Below, in pieces: positions 60,530 through 64,000 of a stretch of 64,000 nucleotides of DNA (within the stretch, counting starts at the first letter, position 1; every line of letters begins with the position of its first letter). The notes beneath the pieces were generated by a model. That model worked only from the letters and a program-made list of their open reading frames with translations. It did not search any database and was not told where the DNA came from. The DNA is from an uncultured Methanosarcinales archaeon (GTDB lineage Archaea; Nanobdellota; Nanobdellia; Woesearchaeales; CAYMBN01): positions 31,391 to 95,390 of the forward strand of contig CAYMBN010000004.1 of the NCBI GenBank assembly GCA_964388715.1, in the 5' to 3' direction. The translations under genes were made by a program, and so were the position numbers.

Positions 60530-61858
60530 ATGGTTACTAAAAAAAACAAAGAATTAAAACCAAGATATGGTAGAATTATTGGATTAATTATACTTATCTT
60601 ACTAGTTGCTGCTTACTTTTACATTGACTGGGATAAAGTTATCAAAATTAAAGATGACTCAACACCAGGTCCAGCTGTTGTAACAGATACATCAGGTATA
60701 GAACTTATTTCAAAAACCATTGTTGCTGAAGTTAATGATAAAGAAATTCTTATAGAAGACTTAAATAGAGAATACAATGCATTACCAGAACAATATAAAT
60801 TAATTATCAAAAAATCAGAAATTCTTGAACAAATGATCAACCAAGAATTATTATTACAAGAAGCACAAAAAATAGGTGTTGCTGTAACTGATGAAGAAAT
60901 TATTGATATAATCAACCAGGCAATTGAAGAAAGCAAACTTTCTAAGGAAGAATTTGACCAAGAACTTGAAAAGCAAGGATTAACAATGGAAATATTAACA
61001 AAAATATACCAAGATCAGTTAATAATTACCAGATACGTAAATAAAACAATATCATCTTCACTAGAAGTATCTGATAATGAAGTTAAAGAATATTACAATA
61101 ATAATGAGGGAAACTTTAAAGCACAATCAGGCCAAATCAGAGCACGACACATACTGCTTGATTCACTTGAAGATGCTCAAGAAATAATCACAGAACTTAA
61201 CCAAGGAGCTGACTTTGCAGAATTAGCAGAAGAAAAATCAATTGGTCCAAGTGCTAGCTTTGGTGGTGACCTAGGCTTTTTTACTAGGGAGGAAATGATT
61301 CCTGAATTTAGTAATGCTGCATTTAACCTTGAAGTTAATAAAATCTCTGAACCAATTGAAACACAATTTGGTTTTCATATTATAAAAAGAGAGTCTAACA
61401 TAATTACTTTAGAGGAAGCAGGTAATAACATCAAAGAAATTTTATTATTAAGCAAACAAAAAAATGCACTTGATATACTCTTGACACAATTAAGATCCAA
61501 TGCAGATGTTAAAGTACATTTCAAAGAAGAAACTAAGTCTATTCCAAAAAAGACTAATTCATTAATTCAATTTGAAGAAAGATGTATTGACAAATATAAC
61601 ATTGCTGGCAACACAGTTATTTATTATACAGCAGATTGGTGCACTTACTGCACAAACATGAACAGTGAAGTTGATAAACTAATTGCAGAAGGAGCAAACA
61701 TTCTAACAGTTAATATGGGCGAAGAACCAGAATTTTTCAACGAATGTTTTAATAACAGAGCAAAAGAAATACCTCAAGTAATTTGTGCTAATAGCAATGC
61801 TCTTTTAGCAGGAGAATTAACAGAAAAAGAATTAAGATACTTTATTGGTAGGTGTTAA
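60530..61858 (+). CDS. Membrane-anchored PrsA/SurA-like parvulin peptidyl-prolyl isomerase fused to a C-terminal thioredoxin-like CxxC domain
   Basis: The N-terminal TM is IIGLIILILLVAAYFYI. A SurA-like helical region follows. The parvulin core is ARHILL...GGDLGFF....FGFHIIK. The C-terminus reads VIYYTADWCTYCTNM. Confidence 0.7.
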   Translation: MVTKKNKELKPRYGRIIGLIILILLVAAYFYIDWDKVIKIKDDSTPGPAVVTDTSGIELISKTIVAEVNDKEILIEDLNREYNALPEQYKLIIKKSEILEQMINQELLLQEAQKIGVAVTDEEIIDIINQAIEESKLSKEEFDQELEKQGLTMEILTKIYQDQLIITRYVNKTISSSLEVSDNEVKEYYNNNEGNFKAQSGQIRARHILLDSLEDAQEIITELNQGADFAELAEEKSIGPSASFGGDLGFFTREEMIPEFSNAAFNLEVNKISEPIETQFGFHIIKRESNIITLEEAGNNIKEILLLSKQKNALDILLTQLRSNADVKVHFKEETKSIPKKTNSLIQFEERCIDKYNIAGNTVIYYTADWCTYCTNMNSEVDKLIAEGANILTVNMGEEPEFFNECFNNRAKEIPQVICANSNALLAGELTEKELRYFIGRC

Positions 61859-62421
61859 TTTCTTTTTTTCTTTTTACTTTTCTTACATGTATCAATTATC
61901 TTTACTTTATGTCTTCTTTCCAAAGCCTCATTCAAACAAATATCAAATATTTCACACTCAATATTCTCCTCAACTTTTACCTTAGAATACTTTCTTTTCT
62001 TTAATCTTTTCTCAAGCTTTTTCAAATCAGAACACTTTGTTATAATACATAAATCAACATATTTTTTGGGTAAATAATGTGACAGATGAGAGTCTATGAT
62101 CATTCCTTTTTTAATTCCTAATTTTTTACTCACAATCTTAATATTTTTTTTATTCAACTTTAATTTCTTACTCTTAATCCTTCTCAATACTTTATCAAAA
62201 TTTCTTTTTTTATAATCACTTACCTCATCAATTAAAATTTTACTTAACTTTTTATTATCAACAATTTTACATTTCCTTTTCTTATCAAATTTTTTACCTA
62301 ACTTATGTTTTTTAATAACCTTGTTAACATCAACATACTCAAACTTTTTTTCTTTAGAAATCTTTTTTGCTAAGGTGGTTTTACCACTGCAAACACTTCC
62401 ACTAACAATTATAATCTTCAT
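61855..62421 (-). CDS. P-loop kinase, adenylate kinase isoenzyme 6 / Fap7-like
   Basis: MKIIIVSGSVCSGKTTLAKKISK is a Walker A at the extreme N-terminus, and the size is small. A very Lys-rich insertion makes the assignment tentative. Confidence 0.45.
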   Translation of the reverse strand: MKIIIVSGSVCSGKTTLAKKISKEKKFEYVDVNKVIKKHKLGKKFDKKRKCKIVDNKKLSKILIDEVSDYKKRNFDKVLRRIKSKKLKLNKKNIKIVSKKLGIKKGMIIDSHLSHYLPKKYVDLCIITKCSDLKKLEKRLKKRKYSKVKVEENIECEIFDICLNEALERRHKVKIIDTCKKSKKKKRN

Positions 62422-64000
62422 TTATTCAATTTTTTATTTATCTCTTCTAACTTTTCAATACTTTCTTTTAATTCTCCTTTATCTGTTGATTTAGAATACA
62501 ATTCAAAAGCCTTATTATATTCATTCAAAGCTTTTTTCTTTTTATTTTTTTCAAGAGCATGTTCAGCCTTTTGAATAAACTTTTCAATTTTTTTTATTGC
62601 TTTTTTACTACTCTTTTTATTTTGTTGTTCCCTTTTCATAGCTTTTCTATACCTTGAATGCAATAATTTTTGTACAAAATGTTTCTTTGTTAATTTTAAA
62701 TATATCATTGTAAAAATAAATACTGCAACTATTATTCCTAACAAAATATAAACATCAAACATAAGATTCTTAAGTGGTTCATTAAAAATAATTATTTGTT
62801 TCATTAACTTTTTAGCTATAACAAATGGGTTATACATCAAAATATTAAGAAGATGCCTTGGAACGCTTTCTAAAGGTAAAATCATATCTGATACAAATAA
62901 AAGTATTGTTGCAGTTGAAACAGCAGCAATAATTCCAGTTTCTTCTGATCTAAAAATGTAACCTATAATCATTCCCAAAAAAGTGAACATACTTATGATA
63001 ATCAGCAATACAATACAGATATTAAGTAATGAAGGAATGATTTTTGCACTGAAAAAATAAGCTGAAATTCCAAGCATAATTACCACTTGGAACAAAATTA
63101 TAACCAATGTAGTAAAGAAAGTTGCAAAAATAAAACTCAAATCTCCAGTTGGTGTTGTAAAATTTCTAAAATAAGCAGGAGAATGTTTTTCCATCATAAC
63201 TAAAGTGGTTGCTAACAAAATACTTATAAACATTATTACCAATACTAATAAACTTGGAAATAAGTAATTGAGATGTGTTTCTTCTGAAGTAATTGGTTCA
63301 ATTCTAGTTGTAATTGGATTAACAATTTTCTCAGCACTTGTAATTTTCACAGCACCAATATTTTCATTTATTTTATCTAAAGACTCTTTAATTTTTTCTA
63401 TATTTTCAAGATTACTGGTAATTACTTTTGTAGTAATTTCTTTTTTCTTTTTAGTAATATCATCTCTTGTTGTTTCAGCTTGCTTTAACTTTTCAGAAAC
63501 ACTATTCAAATTGGTTTCAATCGCAGCTAATGATGTATTAATAAAAGTCCAATTTTTTAATTGATAATCTGTTTCATTTTCAAGTCCTTCAATTGCATTA
63601 TCAATCTTATTAAAATATGTTTGTAAACCAGAACCATTGTTAGACCTTTCTATTCTTGCTACAGCATCCCTAGTCCTGTTAATGAATTTACTTATATTCC
63701 TATTTAATTGTTTAATTTGTGTTTCACTACTTAATCGCATTGTAGTAATATTAAATTCATCAATACCGATTTTTAGATCAAGCTTATCCAAACTTTCATA
63801 AATCTTATTTATCTCCTTATTCAAATTCTCTTCTCCTGTTTTAATATCTACCACAATAGGTTTATCATTACTTACTTCAACTCTGGTTTCCTTTAATTTA
63901 TTTAATATAACACCTGTTAAATCCATACTTAACTGATCAGAAGTTTCACTCAATTTATTTGATAATGTATCAATGATCATCCAAACAAGATTAATTTTTG
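62418..64000 (-). CDS. YhgE/Pip-like ABC-2-type membrane protein. The N-terminus probably lies beyond the window end.
   Basis: A long extracytoplasmic coiled-coil region is followed by about 5 TM helices (ABC-2 permease-like) and a basic helical tail. The reading frame stays open upstream of the ATG at 63980 to the window edge. Confidence 0.5.
   Translation of the reverse strand, partial: KINLVWMIIDTLSNKLSETSDQLSMDLTGVILNKLKETRVEVSNDKPIVVDIKTGEENLNKEINKIYESLDKLDLKIGIDEFNITTMRLSSETQIKQLNRNISKFINRTRDAVARIERSNNGSGLQTYFNKIDNAIEGLENETDYQLKNWTFINTSLAAIETNLNSVSEKLKQAETTRDDITKKKKEITTKVITSNLENIEKIKESLDKINENIGAVKITSAEKIVNPITTRIEPITSEETHLNYLFPSLLVLVIMFISILLATTLVMMEKHSPAYFRNFTTPTGDLSFIFATFFTTLVIILFQVVIMLGISAYFFSAKIIPSLLNICIVLLIIISMFTFLGMIIGYIFRSEETGIIAAVSTATILLFVSDMILPLESVPRHLLNILMYNPFVIAKKLMKQIIIFNEPLKNLMFDVYILLGIIVAVFIFTMIYLKLTKKHFVQKLLHSRYRKAMKREQQNKKSSKKAIKKIEKFIQKAEHALEKNKKKKALNEYNKAFELYSKSTDKGELKESIEKLEEINKKLNK

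Overview
This is a very AT-rich (about 30% G+C by eye), tightly packed fragment that I read as archaeal. The evidence is PCNA, aIF5B, aMBF1, a DRG GTPase, archaeal/eukaryotic-type TrpRS, Nip7- and Fap7-like proteins, an intron-containing tRNA-Leu and an RNase P RNA. Small genes, Lys-rich tails, several bacterial-type genes (gyrA, queA/queH, a PrsA-like parvulin) and giant surface proteins suggest a DPANN-like lineage, but that is inference only. Most of the window is housekeeping: Lhr-MPE, a MoxR-DUF58-VWA operon, ScpB, GyrA, RNA methyltransferases, Rpe, TrpS and aIF5B. Three secreted or anchored proteins stand out: a 985-aa lamin-tail-domain protein, a roughly 3,215-aa beta-helix/Ig-repeat protein, and a roughly 2,297-aa protein built from a Cys/Trp-rich mini-repeat I do not recognise. 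The best candidate for an undescribed system is a compositionally distinct three-gene island at about 49.1-53.3 kb, between a PUA-domain gene and the Nip7-like/aIF5B genes. It encodes a protein with a divergent but motif-complete RelA/SpoT-like nucleotidyltransferase signature, an orphan 224-aa protein, and a 578-aa protein made of tandem repeats of about 91-92 aa. Other points of interest are a bacterial queuosine gene pair in an archaeal context and a triad of paralogous small coiled-coil genes, one with an amphipathic N-terminus and a Pro-rich linker. There is also a membrane-anchored parvulin-thioredoxin fusion and a consistent TATA-at-minus-30 leaderless promoter pattern. All calls come from reading the ORF translations and the DNA. 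No database search was run.
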